The position numbers and the translations under genes are program-made. Under the pieces are notes generated by a model that worked only from the letters and a program-made list of their open reading frames with translations, had not been told where the DNA came from and did not search any database. A stretch of DNA of 63,944 nt, filler included, from an uncultured Methanosarcinales archaeon (GTDB lineage: Archaea; Nanobdellota; Nanobdellia; Woesearchaeales; JAGLXL01), in the NCBI GenBank assembly GCA_964472345.1. It is 6 parts of 6 records of this genome, joined end to end, with 100 filler letters (N's around TTAATTAATTAA, not from the genome) between each part and the next. Parts side by side here need not be neighbours in the genome. Positions count along the whole stretch, not along the records: positions 1 to 12,830 come from CAYYLB010000035.1; positions 12,931 to 25,713 come from CAYYLB010000036.1; 4 more parts are not named here. One strand, written 5' to 3'. Positions 9,745 to 18,456 of the stretch are shown here, in pieces (position 1 is the first letter of the stretch; each line of letters starts with the position of its first letter).

Positions 9745-10313
9745 CCTATGGTAACGAATGCTGTTTTTGTGGCATACATCGCCGGATCAGTTGGCGTTGT
9801 GCACGCCTCATCGGTAAAACCCCTGATATCGGCTCTCAAGGCAAAAGTACCTGGTTTCCTCGGCGCTGAGGCAAAAAGCGGATACGCATTCGCTTCAGAT
9901 GGCGAGAGTACCTGGCAGCGGCGATCCCAGCGCAGTTCGAAATCATCCGGTTGTAATGCAAGCTTTCCAAAGTCACTGTTTTCCACGTCCCAACCAAGGT
10001 TGACCGTGAAATACAACATACTCGTTCCCGTATTGCGGACCCCAAGACCGGTCGTCTTTTCCTCTCCCCGTGAGAACCTCATTTCTCGGGCGAATGTTAG
10101 TTTTTCATCGCCCTTTTGAACATCCTCAAGAATCTGTTTTTTTACTTCCGCTTGAAGATCCCTTACAATCTCTTGAGAACTACCAAATTGATTGCGGATA
10201 AAAATCAGTCCAAGTCCAAGGAGCACCATCGCAATCACGATAATGACAATGGTTTGGATCGAAAGCTCTAATGAGCCTCTTTTGTTTTTTAACAGGGTCA
10301 TATGTTCACCCAA
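9741..10313 (-). CDS. type IV pilin-like protein, lower-GC paralog
   Basis: KNKRG/SLELSIQTIVIIVIAMVLLGLG; colinear with 10306..10857. Confidence 0.8.
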   Translation of the reverse strand: MGEHMTLLKNKRGSLELSIQTIVIIVIAMVLLGLGLIFIRNQFGSSQEIVRDLQAEVKKQILEDVQKGDEKLTFAREMRFSRGEEKTTGLGVRNTGTSMLYFTVNLGWDVENSDFGKLALQPDDFELRWDRRCQVLSPSEANAYPLFASAPRKPGTFALRADIRGFTDEACTTPTDPAMYATKTAFVTIG

Positions 10314-10857
10314 CTGTTATGAACGACAGCTTCGTCGCGTACAATGGCTGCACCGGATCAGGCGCCGTGCATGCCATGTCGGTGAACTGCAGCACATTCG
10401 CCCGCAGTGCGAACGTTCCCGGCGTTGTCGGCGCGCGCACGTTGATGCCGTACACATCCGCCTGCGCCGGCGACAGCAGCAGGCATTCGCCCTGATAGCG
10501 GATGTTGAAGCTCTCAAAGCCCGGATCGCTGTTGCTCGCGTCAAAGCTGACATTGACCTTGAAGTAGAGCGTCTGCGCGCCGATGTTCTGCACGCCGAGC
10601 GTAATCACTTTCTGCTCGTTTCTGCTGAGCTGGATGGAGCGCGGGAAGGAGACTTTCTCGCCGCTCGTGCGCAGCTGGCTCACGATCTGCTCGCGCACCT
10701 GCTCCTGCACTTCCGTTCCGATCGTCTGGATTTGCTGGAACTGCGAGCGGACAAACAGCAGCCCGAGGCCGAGCAGCGTCATGGCAAGAACAATGATCAC
10801 AATCGCCTGAATCGAAAGCTCAAGAGAGCCTTTCTTTCCCCATCGCATGCAATACAC
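10306..10857 (-). CDS. type IV pilin-like protein
   Basis: KKG/SLELSIQAIVIIVLAMTLLGLG class III signal; Cys pair in the head domain. Confidence 0.8.
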   Translation of the reverse strand: MYCMRWGKKGSLELSIQAIVIIVLAMTLLGLGLLFVRSQFQQIQTIGTEVQEQVREQIVSQLRTSGEKVSFPRSIQLSRNEQKVITLGVQNIGAQTLYFKVNVSFDASNSDPGFESFNIRYQGECLLLSPAQADVYGINVRAPTTPGTFALRANVLQFTDMACTAPDPVQPLYATKLSFITVG

Positions 10858-11015
10858 CTCTCTTTTGCCTGACGGTATTCTTTTTTATTTATAAACGTTG
10901 TGATTTTGCGCTGCCTCACGGAACGGTTTTTCCGTCCGCCGCTCTTTTTTCAGGACGGGATGGGGGTCTGCGTGCCGAAGTCTTTATAAAGCCCAAAAGC
11001 CCCGGAAAGGGAGGG

Positions 11016-12158
11016 ATGGTGGTACAGGATCTTGAAGGCAGGAGGCGTTTCATCGCCGCAGCGCTTGCATCACCTTTGGCGCTTCTGTCTGGGCAACGTG
11101 AAGCCTCTGCAGAAACGGACGAGCAGCGCGCCAAGGAGCAGCTCAGCGATAAGCTGTGGCAGCGCGTCGAGGAGAACAGGGACCAGCCGCTTGATGCCAT
11201 CGTCGCTTCATTCAGGGATGCGCTGAAGCACGACCCGCTTTATGATACGCTGGGGCTGAAGGAGAAAGGGCCGTACGAAACGCTCGAAGCGATCGCGCGG
11301 GGCCTTGGGCCGTTCGTGTTCTTTGAGGCGGACTACGATCCGGCAGCACCGCCCGGGCAGCAGTATGGCGTGCCGTTCGTCTGCGGAGCGATTGAACGCG
11401 AGCGCATTGAGCGTAATGAGGACGGCACGTGCCTGCGCCTCTACACGCTCAACACGCTCAAGGACGTGAAAAACACGCCCCCCTTCCGCGGGCTCACATT
11501 CACCTACCCCAAATCACCTGATGGGGGGGAGCCAACCTATCTCATCGTGGTGAACCGTGACGAGTGTGAGGAACTTGTGCGCAGACGCCAAGAGCAGTTG
11601 GATGCGTATCACGGCTCGCCCAGGGATGGCGCTTCCGGAAGCATCGCTGAGCCGGGAACGCTGTCTGCCTACTACCTAGCCATCATTGACTATGTCTACA
11701 AAGGCCCCACCTATGACCGCTCGGTTGAAATCGAGGTGGAAGATTCCCTTGCGCACGAGCGCCTCCACGTCAAAGAGAGCAAGGCGCGCGCACGAAACGG
11801 CCGGCCGCTGCGCAGGAGCCCCGAGGAAAGGGAGCGCGAGGAGGCCGTCATCGGCGCAGAACTGCTCTGGGGCGCGGAAACCACGGGAGACGCTGCGCGT
11901 GCGCTGCTGGCCCCCATTGAGCTTGTGCTCGGCCCCCATCCGGGCTACGCCCGCACGCTCCTGCATTCGCTCGGCGAGGCAGCACAGACAGTGAGTCCCG
12001 GTGCTGCTATGGAGGTTTCGCACGGCGATGGCCGGCTGCTGGTGCCCGATGTCTGCGCGATGCGTCCCGATGAGATTAATGAAGTCGGACGGCGGGTGCA
12101 TGGTTTATATACTGGCGGCATCAACGGGCCGAAAGCCAGTCCTGGACGTTCGCGGTGA
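11016..12158 (+). CDS. secreted hypothetical protein with possible HExxH zincin motif
   Basis: GRRRFIAAALASPLALL twin-arginine-like leader; LAHERLH; GGAGG RBS upstream. Confidence 0.6.
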   Translation: MVVQDLEGRRRFIAAALASPLALLSGQREASAETDEQRAKEQLSDKLWQRVEENRDQPLDAIVASFRDALKHDPLYDTLGLKEKGPYETLEAIARGLGPFVFFEADYDPAAPPGQQYGVPFVCGAIERERIERNEDGTCLRLYTLNTLKDVKNTPPFRGLTFTYPKSPDGGEPTYLIVVNRDECEELVRRRQEQLDAYHGSPRDGASGSIAEPGTLSAYYLAIIDYVYKGPTYDRSVEIEVEDSLAHERLHVKESKARARNGRPLRRSPEEREREEAVIGAELLWGAETTGDAARALLAPIELVLGPHPGYARTLLHSLGEAAQTVSPGAAMEVSHGDGRLLVPDVCAMRPDEINEVGRRVHGLYTGGINGPKASPGRSR

Positions 12159-12830
12159 TAGGCGAAAATGAGACAGGGGGAAATGGCATGGGAAGACGAT
12201 TTGGCATGAAAAGAATGATGGGCGCCGGCATCGTTGCTGCGCTGCTGCTTGCGCTGCTCGCTCTTTTTGTCAGCGCGCTGAGCGACGAGCAGTACGAGCA
12301 ATGCCGGGGCAAGGTCGAGACGCGGCTGCTGAAGGCCGGTTCGGAGACGGCGCTGCGGCTGACGTGCACAGAGCAGGCGAAAATCTACTGCGGCTTGACC
12401 GAGCAGGATGCGCGGGAATTCTGCAGCAGGGTGGTGCTTGACTTTGACCGGATCGAGTGGCCCAAGCTGCTCTTCGAGGCCATCCTGAGCGACCTGCGCT
12501 CGCATCTGCGATCGGACATACCGGCGCTTCCTGCGCCCGGAGCAGCGCCCCCAGGAGACCCTGTCAGCGCTGAAGAGAATGCATGCAGGGAAGTGGCGGA
12601 GCGCGCCCTTGCGCGCGCGGAGCGCGACTACAGGAATGAGTTTCCCGCCGGCCACTGCGAGCTGCGCAGCGTCGGCATCGTGAATGCAGTTGACGCTTCC
12701 GGCGCTCCGGTGCTCAACGGGCAGGGCGGGCAGAAGCGGACGTGCGAATGGCAGGTGCTCTGCAGGGCGCGGCCAGGAGCATCCGAAGAGCAGGTCGCCG
12801 ACTCCCACACCGGCGTGTACGATCCTGGCG
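12155..12830 (+). CDS. secreted Cys-rich hypothetical protein, 3'-truncated at the contig end
   Basis: Signal-like hydrophobic stretch and several Cys; runs into the gap; start uncertain. Confidence 0.55.
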
Positions 12831-12930
12831 NNNNNNNNNNNNNNNNNNNNNNNNNNNNNNNNNNNNNNNNNNNNTTAATTAATTAANNNNNNNNNNNNNN
12901 NNNNNNNNNNNNNNNNNNNNNNNNNNNNNN
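12831..12930. other. artificial contig linker
   Basis: N-run + TTAATTAATTAA (stops in all frames) + N-run. Confidence 0.98.
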
Positions 12931-13118
12931 TTTTTGAGAAGTTCAAGTATCCTCGCTTCTGGCGGGTTTTCTTCTTTCTCCACTTTGATGATGATTTCGC
13001 CGTCGAAGTCGATCAACCTAATGTGATCTTCTGGCTGCAAGCCCTCATTGTCGCGCATTTCTTTTGGAATCACGATCTGTCCACGTTCCCCCATTTTGAC
13101 ATATCTTTCGATTATCAT
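12931..13118 (-). CDS. AbrB/MazE/SpoVT DNA-binding protein, 3'-truncated
   Basis: KMGERGQIVIPKEMRDNEGL signature. Confidence 0.85.
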
Positions 13119-13201
13119 ATAATATGAAAGTATGAATTAGTATAAAAACTTTTTGGTTTTGTAGCTTAGGAGAAAAGTCCCACGGGAAAGTTTTATTCTT
13201 T

Positions 13202-14320
13202 TTAATACCGCTCCAAAATTCCCTTGATCCGCGCCGCCGTCCTGTCCCAGCTGAACCGCAGCGCGGTCTGGCGCGCATTCACGCTCATGTATCTGCGCAG
13301 CCGCTTGCGCCGAATCAGCTTGCGGAGCTGCAGCACCAGTGTGTACACATTCCCGCGCGGAAACAGCAATCCGTTGTGGTTCTTGATGACATATTCCTTG
13401 AGGAAGCCTACTTTTGTCGTCACCACCGGCACGCCGCAGGCCATGGCCTCGAGCGTTGCCAGCGACGTCGTCTCGGTGAGGCTGGGCATCACGAAGATAT
13501 CCATGGCTTTATAATAGCGCTCCACATCGCGCACGAAGCCCGGGAGCACCGCGTTCTTGGTATTCTCGAAGAGCTTCATCATGTGCTCCGTGCCGCTGCC
13601 CACCGCCAGCAGCGTGATGGGGTAGTCCTGCTGCAGCCGCTGCACGGCCTCGACGAGCACTTCGACGTTCTTCTCGCGCGAGATGCGGCCAACGTAGCCG
13701 ACCACGATTCGGTTCGGCGGGATGCCCAGCGCCTGTTTTGCGGCTGCCTTGTCTTCCGGCGGCCGGAGCAGCTCGCTGTCGACACCAAGGCGTGCGACGT
13801 CCTTTCTGGTGGTGATGCCGAGCTGCGTCAGCTCACGGACCAGGCTCCGGTACGGCACGATCAGCGCATCGCAGGTGTTGTACCACGAGAGCACCAGGCG
13901 CTTGAAGAGGGGTATTGCAGGCCGGCGCAGCAGCCGTGGCAGGTTCTTCTCGTAGAGCTCCCACAGGATCAGGTGGATGTACCAGAGAGCCGTTTTGTGG
14001 TAGTTCTTTGCGTAGTGCAGTGCAAACACGCTGATCAGCGCAGGCCCCTGGATAAAGATGGTGTCTGCTTCTTTTACGGCGTCGCGGATGGTGCGGAGGT
14101 TCCTCAGCGACAGCCGCAGCGACTGGTAGCCTGCGAGCCGGATGATGCGCGAGAGCTTCACTTTCCGCTCGCTGAATGTCCAGCTCACGCCATAGTCAGG
14201 GACGAGCAGGGTGATGGCGAAGTCGTCAGCGATGCGCGGCAGCACTTCATGCAGGAAGCGCATGATCCCATCGACGCGGGGAGCGTACGTGTCGGCCACG
14301 ATGAGGATTTTTTTCTTCAT
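13202..14320 (-). CDS. glycosyltransferase family 4
   Basis: DTYAPRVDG, YVGRISREKN, ETTSLATLEAMACG. Confidence 0.9.
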   Translation of the reverse strand: MKKKILIVADTYAPRVDGIMRFLHEVLPRIADDFAITLLVPDYGVSWTFSERKVKLSRIIRLAGYQSLRLSLRNLRTIRDAVKEADTIFIQGPALISVFALHYAKNYHKTALWYIHLILWELYEKNLPRLLRRPAIPLFKRLVLSWYNTCDALIVPYRSLVRELTQLGITTRKDVARLGVDSELLRPPEDKAAAKQALGIPPNRIVVGYVGRISREKNVEVLVEAVQRLQQDYPITLLAVGSGTEHMMKLFENTKNAVLPGFVRDVERYYKAMDIFVMPSLTETTSLATLEAMACGVPVVTTKVGFLKEYVIKNHNGLLFPRGNVYTLVLQLRKLIRRKRLRRYMSVNARQTALRFSWDRTAARIKGILERY

Positions 14321-14958
14321 TGGATGCGGTAAAAGCGCTCGGCGATTCTCGTCCCGATGTGCAGCCCGTTCTTCAGCTCGCGTGCCAGGATCCCCCAGAG
14401 GAGGACGAGCATCACGGTCCGCTGGCTCTGGAAGTGGCGGATCGCCTGGATCTTTTTCCCGAAGGTATGTGTCGTATCAACATAGAGGCGCGGCGCGCGG
14501 CTTTTTCTGAGCGAAAACGGGTTCCAGATGGAAAACAGGTAAACCTCCGCCTTCACCCGCGCTTCCCGCAGCACCTCAAGCGCGATTACGTGCGTCGCGC
14601 GATGGTCGGGATGCGGATCCTCATTGGTATGAGTGAACACCTTTCGCGGCTTCAGGTTCTTCACCAGCGCAAGGAGCTGCCCCTTGATCGCTGCAAACCC
14701 CTCAGGAAAGCTCCCCTCCTTCAGGTCAAAGAATGTTGAGCGGCAGCCGACGATGCGGTCAGCATGGTGCGTTTCCCGCTCGCGGATATCCTTGGTGAAC
14801 CGCGGCCGCAGCCAGGGATGGCTCTTTTCCCCGTAGGACAATACAATGACCCGCACCCGCTTCCCCTCGGCGGCGTACTGCGCGATCGTCCCGCCTGCAC
14901 CAAGAATGTGGTCGTCCGAATGCGCGCAGATGACAAGGATGGTCTCTTTCTTGGGCAT
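14317..14958 (-). CDS. PIG-L/LmbE family de-N-acetylase
   Basis: AHSDD and DPHPDH motifs; HFQSQ. Confidence 0.9.
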   Translation of the reverse strand: MPKKETILVICAHSDDHILGAGGTIAQYAAEGKRVRVIVLSYGEKSHPWLRPRFTKDIRERETHHADRIVGCRSTFFDLKEGSFPEGFAAIKGQLLALVKNLKPRKVFTHTNEDPHPDHRATHVIALEVLREARVKAEVYLFSIWNPFSLRKSRAPRLYVDTTHTFGKKIQAIRHFQSQRTVMLVLLWGILARELKNGLHIGTRIAERFYRIQ

Positions 14959-15021
14959 TTGAGAAATAATAAGTTTTGGGTTTAAATAGGTTGCGAGGGA
15001 AATTTGTATTTCCAGATACCC

Positions 15022-15450
15022 CTATCTTCTTTTATGTGATTTTCTTATTTTCCAGATGATATAAGAACAAAGAAAAAGCAAGATGATTGCCATAACAAGA
15101 TCTGGTGTATCAAGCTCAATCCCTAAAAGGAAAACCGAGATTAGCATTATTGCGGCTATTATGGATAACAGGACTTCAAATATTCCGACTGAAAAACCTG
15201 GGGCTGTGTCTATTACATCCTTGCCGTCACAATCACCTTTGTATTCTTTCATCTTTTCTTTTAGCATTCTTTTGTAATGGGCCACCTCTTTCTCAGGCAT
15301 TTCCGGGAATACTGGAGCTGTGTGGCCACAACTCTCACACTGGTATTTTGTTGTTGTGCCATATGCCCAGACGACCGGATTAGAGAAGTCGACATGTACA
15401 TCTGTTGAGCCACACTTTGGACAAACCTTAACATGGCGTTCTTTTTTCAT
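15022..15450 (-). CDS. Zn-ribbon membrane protein, AT-rich
   Basis: CPKCGS...CESCG plus two C-terminal TM helices. Confidence 0.7.
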   Translation of the reverse strand: MKKERHVKVCPKCGSTDVHVDFSNPVVWAYGTTTKYQCESCGHTAPVFPEMPEKEVAHYKRMLKEKMKEYKGDCDGKDVIDTAPGFSVGIFEVLLSIIAAIMLISVFLLGIELDTPDLVMAIILLFLCSYIIWKIRKSHKRR

Positions 15451-15615
15451 TTCTTATCCATCGATCATCTGATATTTTAGTCGCGCTCGCGAGCACGCAG
15501 AGCCTGTTGCCGAAAAGAATCTTCTCAAGGAGTTCGGTTGGACTGGTCATTGAAAATATGCGCAGGCCGGGACACGGAAAGTCGCCTTTCCTATCCCCGC
15601 TGCGCTGCTTTGCAA

Positions 15616-15721
15616 TGCGCAGGCCGGGACTTTCGTTTCAATTTCGAACCCGGATAAGCGGCTTGGAAGGCCGCTGTCATCTCCGGCGCGTTTTCACGCG
15701 TAGCCGTTAGACCACCTGCGC
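15616..15721 (-). tRNA. tRNA-Gly(TCC) with two non-canonical introns (D-loop about 15681-15701; T-loop 15630-15642)
   Basis: Acceptor GCGCAGG/CCTGCGC-A; anticodon arm GCGGC-CT-TCC-AA-GCCGC; removing 21+13 nt gives a 72-nt cloverleaf. Confidence 0.9.
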
Positions 15722-15785
15722 ACGCGGATGAATGGATGCCCTTGCTTTATAAAAGTAGCGCGAATTTATAAAGAGCCGCAGGTTC

Positions 15786-16337
15786 ATGCAGCGTATGGGG
15801 TTGGCGTGGAACGATCAGGTTCTTGAGCGCTCGCGCGCCTTCCGCAGCCGCATTCTCCGTCCCGTGGTGCTGCCTCTCAGGCGCATCGGCATCAGCGCAG
15901 CGCACCTCACCGCGCTTTCGTTCCTCACCGGGCTCGCCGCCGTCTGGTTTGCGTTCAGCCAGCATGTCTGGTTCGTCATCTTCGGCATCGCGCACCTGCT
16001 CCTCGACGCACTGGACGGCGTTCTTGCGCGGGAGACGCAGCAGACCAGGAGCGGCGCGTATGCCGACACGATCACGGACAATCTCGTCACCGTGCTGCTG
16101 CTTGGCAAGGGATTTGTCGTCTTCAGCATCCCGTCATTCGGCGCCATCGCGCTTGCGTACCTCGTTCACCAGCTGATCCATCTCCTGTCGCGGATGCGTG
16201 CACCCGTGCTCTTCGGCCGCACGGTCCTGTTCATGGTGTTTTTCCTCCAGTGGTATTTCACGGGCATGCTCTTCATCGCCGCGCTCACCGCGTTCGGGCT
16301 TGGATTGCAGGCGCGGTTTTTTCTCAGAAAGAAATAA
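15786..16337 (+). CDS. CDP-alcohol phosphatidyltransferase
   Basis: DALDGVLAR...GAYADTITD signature. Confidence 0.9.
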   Translation: MQRMGLAWNDQVLERSRAFRSRILRPVVLPLRRIGISAAHLTALSFLTGLAAVWFAFSQHVWFVIFGIAHLLLDALDGVLARETQQTRSGAYADTITDNLVTVLLLGKGFVVFSIPSFGAIALAYLVHQLIHLLSRMRAPVLFGRTVLFMVFFLQWYFTGMLFIAALTAFGLGLQARFFLRKK

Positions 16338-16352
16338 TGGTTCTGTTCACCC

Positions 16353-16892
16353 TTACCACGTCACCTTCTTCAGTCCAAGCAGGTAGCCGAGATGGTTTGT
16401 CGCAGCGTGCAGCGCGGGCGTCAGAAGGACGATTGCAGCAATAACCGAAGCCGGCGGCACATACACGAAAAAAGAAAACGCAAACGCCCCGATCACCAGG
16501 TCGAGCTGATCCCAGGGGAACCACCGCTCCCCGGGTTTCTTGTCCAGCCGCCGCTTCACGAAGCTTTTTGCCAGGTCGCCGACGATTGCTCCGCTCGCCA
16601 GCAAAAAGCCAAGCAACAGCGGCTGCAGTGCATAATCAGCCAGCGACAGCTGCGCAAAGAATGGCACGGCAGAGAGCCGCTGCTGCACCGCAAAGACCGC
16701 AGTTCCCGCAGCCGTAGCGTACAGCAGCCCGCCCCACGTCTTGTGGCTGCCGAAGAGCGGCTTCCCCTTCCACGTGCGGCCGAAATCAACCGGCTGCGGA
16801 AAGACATTGAGCTTGCCAAGCACCACAGGCGCCATGTTCGCCGCATACGCCGGCAGGAAATAGTACAGCGCCTGCAGGATGAAGAATGCCAT
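16353..16892 (-). CDS. carS: CDP-archaeol synthase
   Basis: PAYAANMAP, PVDFG, GSHKTWGG, GDLAKSFVKRRL, DQLD. Confidence 0.88.
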   Translation of the reverse strand: MAFFILQALYYFLPAYAANMAPVVLGKLNVFPQPVDFGRTWKGKPLFGSHKTWGGLLYATAAGTAVFAVQQRLSAVPFFAQLSLADYALQPLLLGFLLASGAIVGDLAKSFVKRRLDKKPGERWFPWDQLDLVIGAFAFSFFVYVPPASVIAAIVLLTPALHAATNHLGYLLGLKKVTW

Positions 16893-16915
16893 GGTCTCTC
16901 CAGAGTCCCAGCATG

Positions 16916-16991
16916 TCAAAAACCGCGGGTCTACTGACCTGCGGTTTTTGAGCACACTGGTTTTCCACCGGTAAACACACTGGTGGAAAAC
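16916..16991. promoter_or_regulatory. two strong hairpins between the TATA box and the carS start
   Basis: 16916-16931/16936-16951 (15 of 16 matching) and 16960-16972/16979-16991; TTTATAAA at 16998-17005. Confidence 0.6.
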
Positions 16992-17017
16992 GCAGTGTTT
17001 ATAAAACTTCACGCTTC

Positions 17018-18115
17018 GTGGCTCACATGCAGCTCCGCAATGCAGGCCAGTACCTCCTCCTTGCGCTCTTCACGCTGCTTCTTGTGTTCATCCTCTCCCT
17101 CATTGATATCCAGCAGCTCTTCGATAATCTCCGCAGCGCCCGCCCCGTTTTTGTGCTCCTCGCTGCGGCGAGCATGCTCCTTTTTTACCTCCCCTGGTCG
17201 TTGAACTACATGCTCTTCTTCCGCATTCCTTTCTTCAGTGCCCTGCTGGTCATCCTCAGCGGCGAGTTCTTCAATGCCATCTCCCCCGGGATCAATGTCG
17301 GAGGAGAGCCCGTCAAGGGCCATCTGCTCTCCAGGCTCCAGCAAAAGCCGTTCTCCGAGCAATTCTCAGCCGTCATCTCCCTCCGGCTGCTTGATGCGCT
17401 CTGGTACGCGCTCTTCAGCGCCCTTTCCCTGATCATCAGCGTCTTCTTCCTGCGCCTGCCGGCGAACATCGGCCTCCTCGCACAGGCCATCATTTTCATC
17501 ATCGTCTTTGTCTTTCTCATCGCTGCGCTGCGCCGGAGCCTCGCCCTGCGGAACATCATTGACCTCTTCACCGAAAGGCTCCTGCGCTGGCTCCGCTTCC
17601 TCTCTGCGCGCGCCATGCCCGGCTTCGCCTATGCGCAGCGCTCGGTCAATCTCGCGCCGCTGCTCGAAGCGAAAGCCTACGTCCATGGGAAATTCAGCCG
17701 CATGGCCGCAGCCGCACGGCAGTTCAGCGCCGACATCAGGCGCGCCTTGCAGCGCATCTTCCTTGCCAGGCATGTCTTTCTCCCTCTCTTCCTGCTCACG
17801 GGGGCAGGCTGGCTTTTCATCTTCCTGAAGACCTATTTCATCTTCCTCGCATTTGGCCAGCCCGTAAGCTTCCCTAGTGCCATCATCGCGTGGATGATCC
17901 CCTCGCTGCTCGGCACATTGCTCTTCGTTCCCGGCGGCTTCGGCGTTACGGAAACGGCGATGATTGCGCTCCTCTACGCATGGGGCATCCCTCCCGAGGC
18001 CGCCGCCGCAATCGCCCTCGTTGATCGCGCCCTGTTCTACGCCGCTGAGCTTGGCGCCGGATCGCTTGCGTTGCTCGTGATGCAGCTTCGGCTGAAGAAA
18101 CAGAAAACTACATAA
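17018..18115 (+). CDS. lysylphosphatidylglycerol-synthase-TM/flippase-like (UPF0104) membrane protein
   Basis: NAISPG..VGGEPVK and VPGGFGVTE motifs; multiple TM segments. Confidence 0.85.
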   Translation: MAHMQLRNAGQYLLLALFTLLLVFILSLIDIQQLFDNLRSARPVFVLLAAASMLLFYLPWSLNYMLFFRIPFFSALLVILSGEFFNAISPGINVGGEPVKGHLLSRLQQKPFSEQFSAVISLRLLDALWYALFSALSLIISVFFLRLPANIGLLAQAIIFIIVFVFLIAALRRSLALRNIIDLFTERLLRWLRFLSARAMPGFAYAQRSVNLAPLLEAKAYVHGKFSRMAAAARQFSADIRRALQRIFLARHVFLPLFLLTGAGWLFIFLKTYFIFLAFGQPVSFPSAIIAWMIPSLLGTLLFVPGGFGVTETAMIALLYAWGIPPEAAAAIALVDRALFYAAELGAGSLALLVMQLRLKKQKTT

Positions 18116-18138
18116 AAGCAAGCCATTTTCCTGCCCCC

Positions 18139-18456
18139 ATGCCCGACCTCCCCGAGCAATCAATCACGCGCGCACAGCGCGACTTCGAAGCCTTCCGGAA
18201 GAAACTTACATTCACGGCAGACGACCAGGAGCAGCTCATCTGGGACGCCACCGACCTGTTGGGTTGGTACGCAGCACGCCCCGGCGCTGAGCTTGAGGGG
18301 CTTATTGGGCGGATGATCGACTTCGGCGAGAAGAAGCAGTGGAGCATGGGCGCAACACAATTGCAGTTTACGAAGTTGAAGGCGAAGCGCCGAGCCACAG
18401 GACGTCCAGCACTCCCTTCCCATACTTCTGCAGCTTCACCGGGCCAATCCCCCTGA
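18139..18456 (+). CDS. small hypothetical protein whose 3' end overlaps the convergent helicase
   Basis: Fills the gap between genes; protein-like composition over the first 80 aa or so. Confidence 0.45.
   Translation: MPDLPEQSITRAQRDFEAFRKKLTFTADDQEQLIWDATDLLGWYAARPGAELEGLIGRMIDFGEKKQWSMGATQLQFTKLKAKRRATGRPALPSHTSAASPGQSP

Noticed and set aside
12831..12930. Repeated TTAATTAATTAA palindrome inside N-runs (five occurrences)
   Set aside because: Artificial all-frame-stop contig linker. ORFs running into it and gene neighbourhoods across it are not biological.
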